This document shows positions 22,259-32,753 of a stretch of DNA of 32,753 bases, in pieces (position 1 is the stretch's first letter; the number at the start of each line of letters is the position of its first letter). The translations under genes were made by a program, and so were the position numbers. The DNA comes from Octopus bimaculoides. Its lineage: Eukaryota. Below the pieces are notes generated by a model. It did no database searches and was not told the DNA's origin. It worked only from the letters and a program-made list of their open reading frames with translations. The stretch lies in NCBI RefSeq assembly GCF_001194135.2, contig NC_068993.1, forward strand, positions 38,654,754-38,687,506, given 5' to 3'.

Positions 22259-22595
22259 AAGGTGGTGAGCTGGTAGAAACGTTAGCACGTCAGGCAAAAT
22301 GCTTAGTGGTGTTTCGCCTGCTGTTAGGTTCTGAGTTCAAATTCTGGCGAGGTTGACTTTGCCTTTCATCCTTTCGGGGTCAATAAATTAAGTACCAGTT
22401 ACGCACTGGAGTCGATGTAATCAACTTAATCCCTTTGTTTGTCTTTATTTGTCCCCTCTAGGTTCAGCCCCTTGTGGGCAATAAAGAAATAAGAAATGTT
22501 AGCACACCGGGTGAAATGCTTAGCGGTATTTCGTCTGTCTATGTTTTGAGTTCAAATTCTGCCCCAAAATTTCGAGCCTTGTGCCTAGAGTAGAA
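22259..22595 (+). mobile_element. Family B SINE followed directly by a second, internally deleted copy
   Basis: Full copy ends AATAAAGAAATA, then AGAAATGTTAGCAC...GAGTTCAAATTCTGCC joined to a 3' end CCAAAATTTCGAGCCTTGTGCC. Confidence 0.9.
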
Positions 22596-23958
22596 AAGAA
22601 CATTAACAACACTAGCAACAACAACACTAGCAAACTTAACAAAACATGGTCATTTATTGTCCATTACAACTCAAGCTGTATTACAGGTATAGGTAGAAAT
22701 ATGGAACATACCACTGATCATAGAATATATGAATATAAAAAAAAAACATGATCATAATAGACAAACGATGAGTTAATAGTCTGCTTTACGCATGTTATCA
22801 TAAGGAATGTTTTGAATATGACAGTAAATTTTCTGCTCATTAATTTCTAAAATCAACAGCAATTATTACGATTTCGTTGGAACAAAATCATCAACTGACT
22901 TCCCAAGGCCGAAGGGAAAAGCAGGCAGGGAAAACAATGCACACACAAAGAAATAAATGAATAAAAATGAAAATAAAAACGGAGACCTCCCCAAGAAAAA
23001 AATACTAACACAAGAAAACATTTATTTTATCTTTTATTTTAGAGTTTTCCCTTTTTTTTTTTAAACAATAACAACAATAAAAATAAGTGACCCGCCCCCA
23101 AGAAAATGTGTAAAAAATGAAAAATACACCAAAAAATGCACAATTTTTTTTATCTTCACATTTTAGAAAGCAATCAGATATTTTCATCAGCAAAGCAGCC
23201 ATTTTAATTGAAATTTGTAATTGTCAATTTTTTTCATTTGTTTATTATTGTTANNNNNNNNNNTGTTATCATTTTAAAATTTAAACCCCCAGAAGTTCTA
23301 AAAATCTGTTTGCATGAGTGTATGTGTGTGTACATGTATATTTGCGTGTGTGTATGTGTGTGTATGTGTGTATGTATGTGTGTGTATGTGTGTTATATCC
23401 TTTCTGTGTTTCTTTTTTTTATTTTGCTGTTTTATTTTATAATTTTTGAAATATATTTTTTTTGCTCTTGTTTTCTTTTTTTTTTTTTGCATGTCAGCAG
23501 ATATAATATAATTACTAGTGAAGCCTAGACAAACGCCATTACTATCTTAAATATATGCATCACTCAAACAGCCAATTGAAAATTGCGTTGTTGTTGTGTC
23601 TAGGAGAGAAGGAAAAGATACTGAGACATTATCATTTCATTTAGACAGCTAACATCATTGAAACTCATCATCAACACACACACACTCAATACAGAGGGGA
23701 AGGGAAAAGGAGAGACACTGGAGAAAATAAACAGATATTTAAAAATTGATATATATGTACAGGTATGCATATACACTTATCTACTCACACACACACAAAT
23801 AAACATGAATATGAATATACATATATGAATATATATATATATACACATACACACACATATATATGAATATATAGTGATGTGTGTATATAAATATACATAT
23901 ATCTGTGTGTACGTTTACATGCAAATACATGTGGATGTATATCTGTATATGGATAGAT

Positions 23959-24001
23959 GCCTCTGATGAGAACCCAATAAGGTATGAAAATCGATTAAGG
24001 T
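23959..24001 (+). ncRNA. Minimal type-I hammerhead ribozyme with a canonical core
   Basis: GCCU-CUGAUGA-GAACC(CAAUAA)GGUAU-GAAA-AUCGAU-UA-AGGU; palindromic stem III; one mismatch in stem II. Confidence 0.75.
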
Positions 24002-24070
24002 TGTTCATCATTTTTTCAGTCTGTGGAGAAATGGCTAAAATTTGCCCTGTTTATAACTATACCATATGTC

Positions 24071-24109
<39 letters not shown>

Positions 24110-24185
24110 TAGATAGATGCATGTAATATATATGTATATATATATATATATGTCTGAATATATTTAAATATACATATGTATGAAA

Positions 24186-24228
<43 letters not shown>

Positions 24229-24239
24229 CACACACTTCA

Positions 24240-24376
24240 GAAATGTAACTGCATGTGTATTGTTTGCAATTTTTCCTTCTTCCTCTTTGGAATTTTCTCT
24301 TTCCGACGAAGATGTATGCTCAAGACGTTAGCAACTCTCTCCTTACACTGAGCGTTAAATTAATATATTATTTGTG
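24240..24376 (+). mobile_element. PLE-like remnant with a decayed hammerhead (24298-24335)
   Basis: CCGACGA-AGATGTATGCTC-AAGA-CGT-TA, i.e. core changes U4C, G12A and A14G. Confidence 0.35.
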
Positions 24377-24578
24377 NNNNNNNNNNNNNNNNNNNNNNNN
24401 NNNNNNNNNNNNNNNNNNNNNNNNNNNNNNNNNNNNNNNNNNNNNNNNNNNNNNNNNNNNNNNNNNNNNNNNNNNNNNNNNNNNNNNNNNNNNNNNNNNN
24501 NNNNNNNNNNNNNNNNNNNNNNNNNNNNNNNNNNNNNNNNNNNNNNNNNNNNNNNNNNNNNNNNNNNNNNNNNNNNNN

Positions 24579-25005
24579 ATGGAAAAAAGTCAAGGTAGAA
24601 AATGCTAAAATAATTTTATAAAAAACATTTCAGTACCAGTTTCAGTCATTGAGACTTTTTCAACTGTAAGTATGGAAAACAATAAAATTTTGGAAATATT
24701 AAAAGATAAGTTTTTAAAAGAATATTTGCATAGTGTTCAAATATAAGGGAATTTTCCTTGTTTCTACCTGTTTCTGTCTCTCTTGTTTACTCTTTTAGGT
24801 TCGAGGTCATTGTGAATTCTTGGTAGAGAAGAAGAAGAAGAATGTGTGAGTGCCATGATAGTAGTATGTTAAATGGTCAAGTGCCCTGAAAGTGACCCGT
24901 TGTCGATGGTAGTAGTGATCGAATTCCTGAGACTTCTCTTTTGAATGTTTTGTTTATAAAATTTGTGTAGGTGTTATTCTAAACAGCAATAGTGTTAAAG
25001 TTAGG
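24579..25005 (-). mobile_element. Penelope-like 3' remnant
   Basis: Carries the hammerhead at 24628-24669 near its left (3') end; no ORF recognised. Confidence 0.5.
24628..24669 (-). ncRNA. Minimal type-I hammerhead with a U3-A8 covariant core
   Basis: UUACAG-UUGAAAA-AGUC(UCAAU)GACU-GAAA-CUGG-UA-CUGAAA; perfect 4-bp stem II; GUA site. Confidence 0.7.
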
Positions 25006-25021
25006 ATATATATATATATAT

Positions 25022-25908
25022 ATGGGCTGTGACAGCTGAGGACATGTGTAGGCTTGATATAAATGGAGCCACTATGCTTCACTGGATGTACAATGTCAGC
25101 GTGCATGTTTGACAGTGTAAGCATCTTGAGAGAAAAGTTAGACATAAAAGGGATCAACTGTGGTGCGCAGGAGAGACAACTGTACTGCTATGTTATGTGA
25201 TGCATATGAATGAGTACAGCTGTGTAAAGAATTGCCGATCTCTAACTGTGGTAGAGGTAGATCCAGGAAGACATGGGATGAGGTGGTGAAGCATGATCTT
25301 TGAACTTTGAGCCTCACAAAGGTAAAGACTAGTGACCGAGAACTTTGGTGATGTGCTGTGCTTGAGAGGACCCGCCAAACCAAGTGCACCCATGCTGGTG
25401 GCACATAAAGAAGAGCTTTCAAGCGTTGGACCTCATGGAGGCAAAGTGGCTGAGTTCCTTCTGAGTGTTGGGCCTGACGAAGGCTAAGTGACTGAGTTCC
25501 TTTTCAGCGTTGGGCCTCATGGAAGCAAAGTGGCTGAGTTCCTTTCAAGTGTTGGGCCTCACAGAAGTAAAGACTGAGACCTTTGGCATTATGTTGTGCT
25601 TGAGAAGAAGACCCATCAAGCTGAGCAAAATCGCAATCATGGCAGCAAATACTGGTGTCACACAAATTGGCACCCATGCCAATGGTACATAAAAGTACTC
25701 CAGTGTCACACAAATGACACCTGTGATAGTGGCATGTAAAACCACCCATTACACTCTCAAAATGGTTGGCATTAGGAAAGTCATCCAGCTGTAGAAAACC
25801 ATGCTAAATCAAACTGGAGTCTGGTGCAGCCTTCCACCATGCCAGCCTGGTTAAACCATCCAACCCATGCTAGCACGGACAATGGACGTTAAACGATAAT
25901 GATGATGA
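25022..25908 (+). mobile_element. 5'-truncated RTE-clade LINE (ORF2 C-terminus plus 3'UTR)
   Basis: WAVTAEDMCRL...MLHWMYNVSV...GRGRSRKTWDEVVKHDL with stops and frameshifts; ends GGACGTTAAACGATAATGATGATGA. Confidence 0.92.
25416..25580 (+). repeat. 42-bp tandem repeat x4 inside the RTE 3'UTR
   Basis: Units start at 25416, 25458, 25500 and 25542 (CTTTCAAGCGTTGGGCCTCATGGAAGCAAAGTGGCTGAGTTC-like). Confidence 0.9.
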
Positions 25909-26803
25909 GATATATATGTATATATTTAGAAACACATATGTCTGTGAGTATGTGTGTGTTTGTGTATGTGTGTTTGCACTACTAGGAACTCTTTTCATCA
26001 GCTGTTGAATGAAGGTCACAATGGTTTCAACACTTACCTACAGAATCACTTTCCCTGGCAGTTCCAAACAGTGTTAATGCTACCAAATTTCTGGATTAAT
26101 TTGGCTCCCATATTAGTACTTGAGGTGATAACTAAAAACATTGTATGAAATTACCAAATATAAAAGATTTGATCATGCAGCATTACCAACACATTACTCA
26201 ATTCCATGTATTTAGAAACTAAGGAATATAGCAAACCAAGTTAAGAACATAGTAGGATTGAAAGTTTAGCATTTCAAACATCTTACATTACATTTAAGAA
26301 CTTGAACAAAACTAATAATATAATAATCTGTCATTTAATAATCTATCATAGAGGTTAATATATTCAGTCAACAGTGAATTAAATCTAGTAAGTTAAAATA
26401 ACTTTGTCACCATTATTCCTAGAATTAAACAAATAACCGATTCACCATAGTGACATAATACTGGTGCTGTCATAATGTAGTTTAAGAGTATTAGCAATAA
26501 GTATCTGATTAAAGATACCTGGTCCAAGATATCGTTGAACTTTACATCCATTGATTAATAAATCTTTACTCCAAATAGCATTAATTTTTACCAAGTATTA
26601 TATAGCTCTACCTACATTTAAGCATTTCCCATTCATGTAGATGTTATAACCTTGTAAACTGTCCATTCAATAATTTGTCTTTTGAAGTTGATAGTTTAGT
26701 GTGCAAAAGTATTTAGAGCTGGTAATTTAATTTTCAAACATTATACTAGATTGACTGGGAATCACTTTAAGTTAAGAATCAGCCAACATCAGCATACTTT
26801 CAG

Positions 26804-26825
26804 AAATCCTGAAAGATAATTCAAG
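26804..26825 (+). CDS. Candidate 22-nt microexon
   Basis: catactttcag|AAATCCTGAAAGATAATTCAAG|gtaagt; one open frame (xILKDNS); no homology recognised. Confidence 0.22.
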
Positions 26826-26984
26826 GTAAGTTAGCTAAAGTAAACTTTGCTTTTAAGAAATAAAAGATTCTGAAAATATAAAATTATTTTGAAGATATCA
26901 GATTATACCAGATCTTATTATAAAGATAACGATTGCTGTAATCTTTGTATTTCAAATAAAAAAACTGAATACATTGTTCTATAG

Positions 26985-27005
26985 GAATTTTACCTTAAAC
27001 ACCTG
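26985..27005 (+). CDS. Candidate 21-nt microexon
   Basis: attgttctatag|GAATTTTACCTTAAACACCTG|gtaaga; open in phase 0 (EFYLKHL) or phase 2 (NFTLNT). Confidence 0.22.
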
Positions 27006-27424
27006 GTAAGAGTTAACATCTTTTGTAGCCATAAATTGACATATTCATCAAAATACTTTAAAATGTTTAATGTCAGACAGCTTCAAACCATACTGCTACA
27101 TCTTCCAAACAAATGCAAAATTTTCTTTTGTTTACAAGCATCTCACTTTCAATAATTCTGCCATCATAAATCCGAAATTTACATTGAAATATTTTGAAAT
27201 GTCTAGTGAATAACTGACAGACAGTCTAATATATATATATATTGTTGTTACACAATCCAAACAGATCAAAAGGATTTTTTCTTCCTAACGTGCATATTCA
27301 TTGGTTTTTATTTCGTACATAAATATAAGTTCTTTTGATTTCTTTCTTTTATTGCTTGAGAATTGGTAAAACGTGACACTTAGAGTTGCAATTTAGAAAG
27401 TTTCATCATAAAACAAATTTTATG

Positions 27425-27459
27425 GTATACATACTTACATATACACATATATACATACA

Positions 27460-27500
<41 letters not shown>

Positions 27501-27545
27501 ATATATATGTATATATATATATGTATATATATGTGTGTATATATA

Positions 27546-27578
<33 letters not shown>

Positions 27579-27741
27579 ATATGAGTGTTGGTATATGTGT
27601 GTGTGTGTATATATGTGTGTGTGCATACATTTACAGATACAGATAGTTTGTGGGTATGTACATGTGTATCAAAATGTGCATATGTGTGTGAATATATATA
27701 TGTATGAGTCTATGTAAAAATATTAACCTGCTTTATATTTG

Positions 27742-27778
<37 letters not shown>

Positions 27779-27831
27779 GTGTATATATATGTTTATTTAT
27801 TTATATATACACACACACACATACATTACAC
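27425..27831. repeat. (TA)n/(TG)n microsatellite block
   Basis: Directly visible. Confidence 0.95.
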
Positions 27832-28632
27832 NNNNNNNNNNNNNNNNNNNNNNNNNNNNNNNNNNNNNNNNNNNNNNNNNNNNNNNNNNNNNNNNNNNNN
27901 NNNNNNNNNNNNNNNNNNNNNNNNNNNNNNNNNNNNNNNNNNNNNNNNNNNNNNNNNNNNNNNNNNNNNNNNNNNNNNNNNNNNNNNNNNNNNNNNNNNN
28001 NNNNNNNNNNNNNNNNNNNNNNNNNNNNNNNNNNNNNNNNNNNNNNNNNNNNNNNNNNNNNNNNNNNNNNNNNNNNNNNNNNNNNNNNNNNNNNNNNNNN
28101 NNNNNNNNNNNNNNNNNNNNNNNNNNNNNNNNNNNNNNNNNNNNNNNNNNNNNNNNNNNNNNNNNNNNNNNNNNNNNNNNNNNNNNNNNNNNNNNNNNNN
28201 NNNNNNNNNNNNNNNNNNNNNNNNNNNNNNNNNNNNNNNNNNNNNNNNNNNNNNNNNNNNNNNNNNNNNNNNNNNNNNNNNNNNNNNNNNNNNNNNNNNN
28301 NNNNNNNNNNNNNNNNNNNNNNNNNNNNNNNNNNNNNNNNNNNNNNNNNNNNNNNNNNNNNNNNNNNNNNNNNNNNNNNNNNNNNNNNNNNNNNNNNNNN
28401 NNNNNNNNNNNNNNNNNNNNNNNNNNNNNNNNNNNNNNNNNNNNNNNNNNNNNNNNNNNNNNNNNNNNNNNNNNNNNNNNNNNNNNNNNNNNNNNNNNNN
28501 NNNNNNNNNNNNNNNNNNNNNNNNNNNNNNNNNNNNNNNNNNNNNNNNNNNNNNNNNNNNNNNNNNNNNNNNNNNNNNNNNNNNNNNNNNNNNNNNNNNN
28601 NNNNNNNNNNNNNNNNNNNNNNNNNNNNNNNN

Positions 28633-28672
<40 letters not shown>

Positions 28673-28703
28673 GAAATAAATATGAGTTGCTTTGTCTATG
28701 CAG

Positions 28704-28775
28704 GAGCTACTCAGACGTTTCGAGTGCTCTTCTAAATCCTTTTCGATAATGGAAATCCTTCCCTGTCATCAGAAG
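28704..28775 (+). CDS. Candidate 72-nt exon (ELLRRFECSSKSFSIMEILPCHQK in phase 0)
   Basis: gttgctttgtctatgcag| ... CAGAAG|gtatct; alternatively a PLE remnant, since CTCGAAACGTC occurs on the minus strand. Confidence 0.25.
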
Positions 28776-28947
28776 GTATCTCAGGGTCACAAGCGTTTTG
28801 CCCCTTAGCCTGTACGCTTCACCTGAGACAGGCAATGAGGTCTGACATAGCCTTCAGCTCTGGAAACATTCTGGTTTCTGTCTCTTGTCAACCATAACCA
28901 ACTTGAGCTAGTTTCAGCTGTACGTATGTATGGATGGATGGATGTAT

Positions 28948-29347
28948 AGGTGCAAGCATGACTGTGTGGTAAGGAGCTTGCTTCCCACTTACATGATTCT
29001 GGGTGACACCTTGGATAAGTGTCTTCTACTATAGCCTCAGGCCAACCAAAGCCTTGTGAGAGAATTTGGTAGGCGGGAACTGAAAGAAGCTCATCATATA
29101 TATATTTATATGTATGTATGCATTTTTGTGTATGTGTTTGTGTTTGTCACCCCACCATTGCTTGACAACCGATGTTGGCGTGTCTATGTTCCCATAACTT
29201 TGTAGTTCAGCAAGGGAGACCAATAGAATGAGTACTAAGCTTACAAAGCATAAATCCTGATGGTGATATCTTCAAATAAAAACCCTTTAAGGTGGTGCTC
29301 CAACATAGCCACAGTTAAATGGCTGAAACCAGTAAAAACGAATAAAA

Positions 29348-29351
<4 letters not shown>
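28948..29351 (+). mobile_element. Full-length family A SINE
   Basis: Head GACTGTGTGGTAAGGAGCTTGC; short internal TA/TG tract; 3' AGGTGGTGCTCCAACATAGCCACAG...GAATAAAAGAATA. Confidence 0.92.
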
Positions 29352-29385
<34 letters not shown>

Positions 29386-29776
29386 TCATCAGCAGCAGTA
29401 TGATCATCATCATTATCATCATCATCATCATCATCATTATCATCATCATCATCATTATCTTTAAATTTAGCTGGATAGATATACATATTTGTATGTATTA
29501 CATATAATACCTGTAAACAAATCTGGAGGCTTGATAAATTATGGAGAAAATGTGACTATGAAAGTCTCTTTTATACAATAATAACTACATAATAATATAT
29601 AATAACATATATACTCTAATTAAAGCAACAAATCCAATCAATTGACTGAAAAATGATGAGGTTTAATCAGAGTATGTATATATTCTTGTGACATTATTAT
29701 ATAGTTATTAGTGTATAAAAAGTCTGAGTATTTTATTATGATATATTATTACATAGTTATTATTGTATGTATGTAT

Positions 29777-29986
29777 TGGTGCTGGTGTCATGTAAACACT
29801 CCTGTCCTGGTGTTGTGTAAAAGCACCCAGTACACTCTGGAAAGTGCTTGATGTTAGGAAGGGCTTCCAGCTGTAGAAATCATGCTAAAACAGAAATGGA
29901 ATCTGGGTAGCTCTTCAGCCGGCCAGCTCCTGTTTGACCATCCAACCCATGCCAGTGTGGAAATGGACGTTAAACAATGATGATGA
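29777..29986 (+). mobile_element. RTE-type 3' tail
   Basis: TAAAAGCACCCAGTACAC...TTAGGAAGGGCTTCCAGC...GGACGTTAAACAATGATGATG. Confidence 0.88.
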
Positions 29987-30004
29987 TAGATAGATAGATA
30001 GAGA

Positions 30005-30042
<38 letters not shown>

Positions 30043-30047
30043 TATAT

Positions 30048-30695
30048 ATCAAAAAATAAGCAACACGGATTTCAAAGGTGATTGCAGTACGCACGTTTCA
30101 TGCTACTTCAATTTATTTAAGTAATGCGAGCATTACCTTAAATGCAATATGAAGAGCAATCTTCAGCTGCACGAAAAATGCAGAAAAAATTACTGTAGAA
30201 AAGACATATTATAAATGTGGCAACATTTCAAATCTAAGTGGGAGAGAGAATANNNNNNNNNNNNNNNNNNNNNNNNNNNNNNNNNNNNNNNNNNNNNNNN
30301 NNNNNNNNNNNNNNNNNNNNNNNNNNNNNNNNNNNNNNNNNNNNNNNNNNNNNNNNNNNNNNNNNNNNNNNNNNNNNNNNNNNNNNNNNNNNNNNNNNNN
30401 NNNNNNNNNNNNNNNNNNNNNNNNNNNNNNNNNNNNNNNNNNNNNNNNNNNNNNNNNNNNNNNNNNNNNNNNNNNNNNNNCATAGTAGTATCAGGTCATT
30501 TTACTACTATCAAAGTGTTGAGGAATTAATGTTGAGGAATTACAGCCCTAGGTATATGGGTCAAATAGGTTTTTTAGTTTTAGTCTGAATAGAGTAACAG
30601 TATAGTGGTACAGACAACAACAATACTCTAAACTGTGAAAACATTGGTTAGAGTATTGCAATCACCTTTGAAATCCGTGTTGCTTATTTTTTGAT
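30048..30695 (-). mobile_element. Penelope-like element with a hammerhead and an inverted tail copy (interior partly in the gap)
   Basis: Perfect 39-bp inverted repeat 30048-30086 / 30657-30695; hammerhead at 30083-30171. Confidence 0.75.
30083..30171 (-). ncRNA. Type-I hammerhead ribozyme with a long stem II
   Basis: UGCAG-CUGAAGA-[60-nt stem II: UGCU/AGCA, CUUCA/UGAAG, AUUUAA/UUAAAU, GUAAUGC/GCAUUAC]-GAAA-CGUGCG-UA-CUGCA; U-U at 10.1/11.1. Confidence 0.8.
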
Positions 30696-30808
30696 TTTAA
30701 TCACCTATCCCTTTGGGATGCGATATTCGGGTGCCTACGCATAAGTACCATATTCAAGCCTTGAATCTATATGTAAACCGTCTACATATATATATATATA
30801 TATATATA

Positions 30809-31128
30809 GGCACAGGAGTGGCTGTGTGGTAAGTAACTGTGTGGTAAGGACCACATGGTTCTGGGTTCAGTCCCACTGCGTGGCACCTTGGGCAAGTGTC
30901 TTCTACTATAGCCTCGGGCTGACCAAAGCCTTGTGATTGGATTTGGTAGACAAAAACTGGAAGAAGCCCATTGTATATGTATATATGTTTGTGTGTCTGT
31001 TTGTCCCCCCAGCATCGCTTGACAACTGAGGCTGGTGTGTTTATGTCCCCCATAACTTAGCAGTTCGGCAAAAGAGACCGATAGGATAAGCACTAGGCTT
31101 GACTGAAGCAAGTAAAAGAGTAAAGAGA
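30809..31128 (+). mobile_element. Family A SINE with a short head duplication and a 3' internal deletion
   Basis: GGCACAGGAGTGGCTGTGTGGTAAG, CTGTGTGGTAAG duplicated, GGGTTCAGTCCC B-box. Confidence 0.92.
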
Positions 31129-31162
<34 letters not shown>

Positions 31163-31202
31163 NNNNNNNNNNNNNNNNNNNNNNNNNNNNNNNNNNNNNN
31201 NN

Positions 31203-31236
<34 letters not shown>

Positions 31237-31807
31237 CAAATAGACATATACATTATATAACATTATGTATTTATGTATACATATATAGACACATAAATAT
31301 TATATAACATTAGATATATATATGTGTGTGTGTATAGTCTACCGCTTGTGCATGCACACATACATATACACACATATACACACACCTGTCTTGCATTCAG
31401 ACACACAAATAGACCACGGAATAGGTCAATAGCCAGATAAAAGTTCAGGTGGACTGCTCCAGTTGTTTGTAAAAAAATGTGATGCATTTTCTCATTCTAA
31501 TCAGTGAACAATGAAATTGAATAACCACTTGAATTTGCTGTCAGCTTCATTGAGGCATCTAATAAGATCTTGATTTTTGTACATACTAATGCTTGTTGAT
31601 AGAAGGCCAACATATAACTTTATACATACATACAAATACACATACACCAAATTACAACCGCATGCATACTCTCTTATCCTCTCTCTCTCTCTCTTTCTCA
31701 TTCTCTCATATGCATATGTAGATGCACACACACATATATGCATGTATATATGTATGTATGTGTGTATACATATATATATATATACAAATATATATATACA
31801 TACATAC

Positions 31808-31865
31808 AGTCCTCAGTCAAATCGTTTAACCCATGCTAGCATGGAAAGCGGACGTTAAACGATTA
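31808..31865 (+). mobile_element. Very short RTE-type 3' tail
   Basis: AACCCATGCTAGCATGGAAAGCGGACGTTAAACGATTATGAT. Confidence 0.8.
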
Positions 31866-31963
31866 TGATATATATCCGCATATATACATACACACATATA
31901 TATAACATATTATACCTATATATATGTATACCTATATATATGTATATATATATATATATATCC

Positions 31964-31999
<36 letters not shown>

Positions 32000-32143
32000 T
32001 TATGTATGTATATATATTTATTGGCAACAATATTTCTTTCAAGCATGTTATATAGAAGACATTACGTTTTAGTTAAAATTTTCTTTTTTATCACTGGTTA
32101 GCCATATTTCAATATGCATTATATTTATTGAGTATATAAAGAT

Positions 32144-32197
32144 ATTACTAAGTCTGTTACAGTTTCCACAGCTTCTTGGCATGATCTTCAGAATAAA
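32144..32197 (-). ncRNA. Hammerhead-like motif with an atypical cleavage-site region
   Basis: UUUAUU-CUGAAGA-U-CAUGC(CAAGAA)GCUGUG-GAAA-CUG(UAA)CAG-AC-UUAGUAA; A at the expected U16.1. Confidence 0.4.
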
Positions 32198-32427
32198 GTT
32201 ATGACTGCTTTATTATTATTGTTGCCTTTTTTTGTTTGTTTTTATTAGGCATTAAGGTATCATAGGACTTAACTGTTAAACTATAGATTATTTATTTTAC
32301 TATTTTCTATAGATATATTTGTGGGAACGTAGGGAAGAGTCAGTGATCTATATATAGACCTATATAATATACATCTCTATCTCTATCCATCCATCCATCC
32401 ATCTCTCCATTCATCTATCTATCTATC

Positions 32428-32710
32428 TCATTTCAGCCATGTAGTTGTGGTCATGCTGGAGCACTTTATATTTTTAGAAATATTCATATATATTTTGTAT
32501 GATGATATGTATTAATATATTCCTTTATTCTTTTATTGTTTCTGTCATTTGACTGCTGCCATGCTGCAGCACTACCTTTAGTTGAGCAAATCAACCCCGG
32601 GACTTATTCTTTGTAAGCCTAGTACTTATTCTAACGGTCTCTTTTTGCTGAACGAGCATTAGATGTAAAGTGATGTTGGGGGGATAGACACAAACACACA
32701 CACATACACG
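32428..32710 (-). mobile_element. Family A SINE 3' portions (short piece 32428-32466; longer piece 32533-32710 running into the terminal microsatellite)
   Basis: Reverse complement of the family A 3' end (GTCATTTGACTGCTGCCATGCTGCAGCAC...CTTATTCTTTGTAAGCC...GGGGGATAGACACAAAC). Confidence 0.85.
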
Positions 32711-32713
32711 TAC

Positions 32714-32753
<40 letters not shown>

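Noticed and set aside
28710-28775. Minus-strand CUGAUGA...GAAA and a second GAAACGUC motif
   Set aside because: Stem I is weak and the available hairpin consumes core nucleotides; kept only as an alternative to the exon reading.
31501-31640. Short open frames (MYKNQDLIRCLNEADSKFKWLFNFIVH on minus)
   Set aside because: No homology recognised and no supporting splice sites.

Overview
This is AT-rich, repeat-dense eukaryotic genomic DNA with 12 assembly gaps (about 3.5 kb of N). The SINE and RTE repeat families look like those of octopus genomes as I recall them; that assignment is inferred, not database-checked. No host protein-coding gene can be called with confidence, and almost all supplied ORFs are translations of (TA)n/(TG)n/(AAT)n/(AGT)n microsatellites or N runs. 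Recognisable content: many tRNA-derived SINEs, 3' fragments of an RTE-clade LINE, three decayed Tc1/mariner transposons (DD34D, DD37D-type, DD34E) within 5.6 kb, a Tc2/pogo-like terminus, a zinc-knuckle ORF1/Gag remnant and several Penelope-like (PLE) remnants. The main signal the ORF track misses is a set of small type-I hammerhead ribozyme (HHR) motifs, all folded by hand: six well-formed or near well-formed ones and about three decayed ones. They include a 190-bp foldback carrying hammerheads in both polarities, a U3-A8 covariant core, and a long-stem-II hammerhead whose post-cleavage tail is duplicated as an inverted repeat. A 115-nt hairpin with Pol III B-box-like motifs at 15.2-15.3 kb and two weak chains of possible microexons are also reported.
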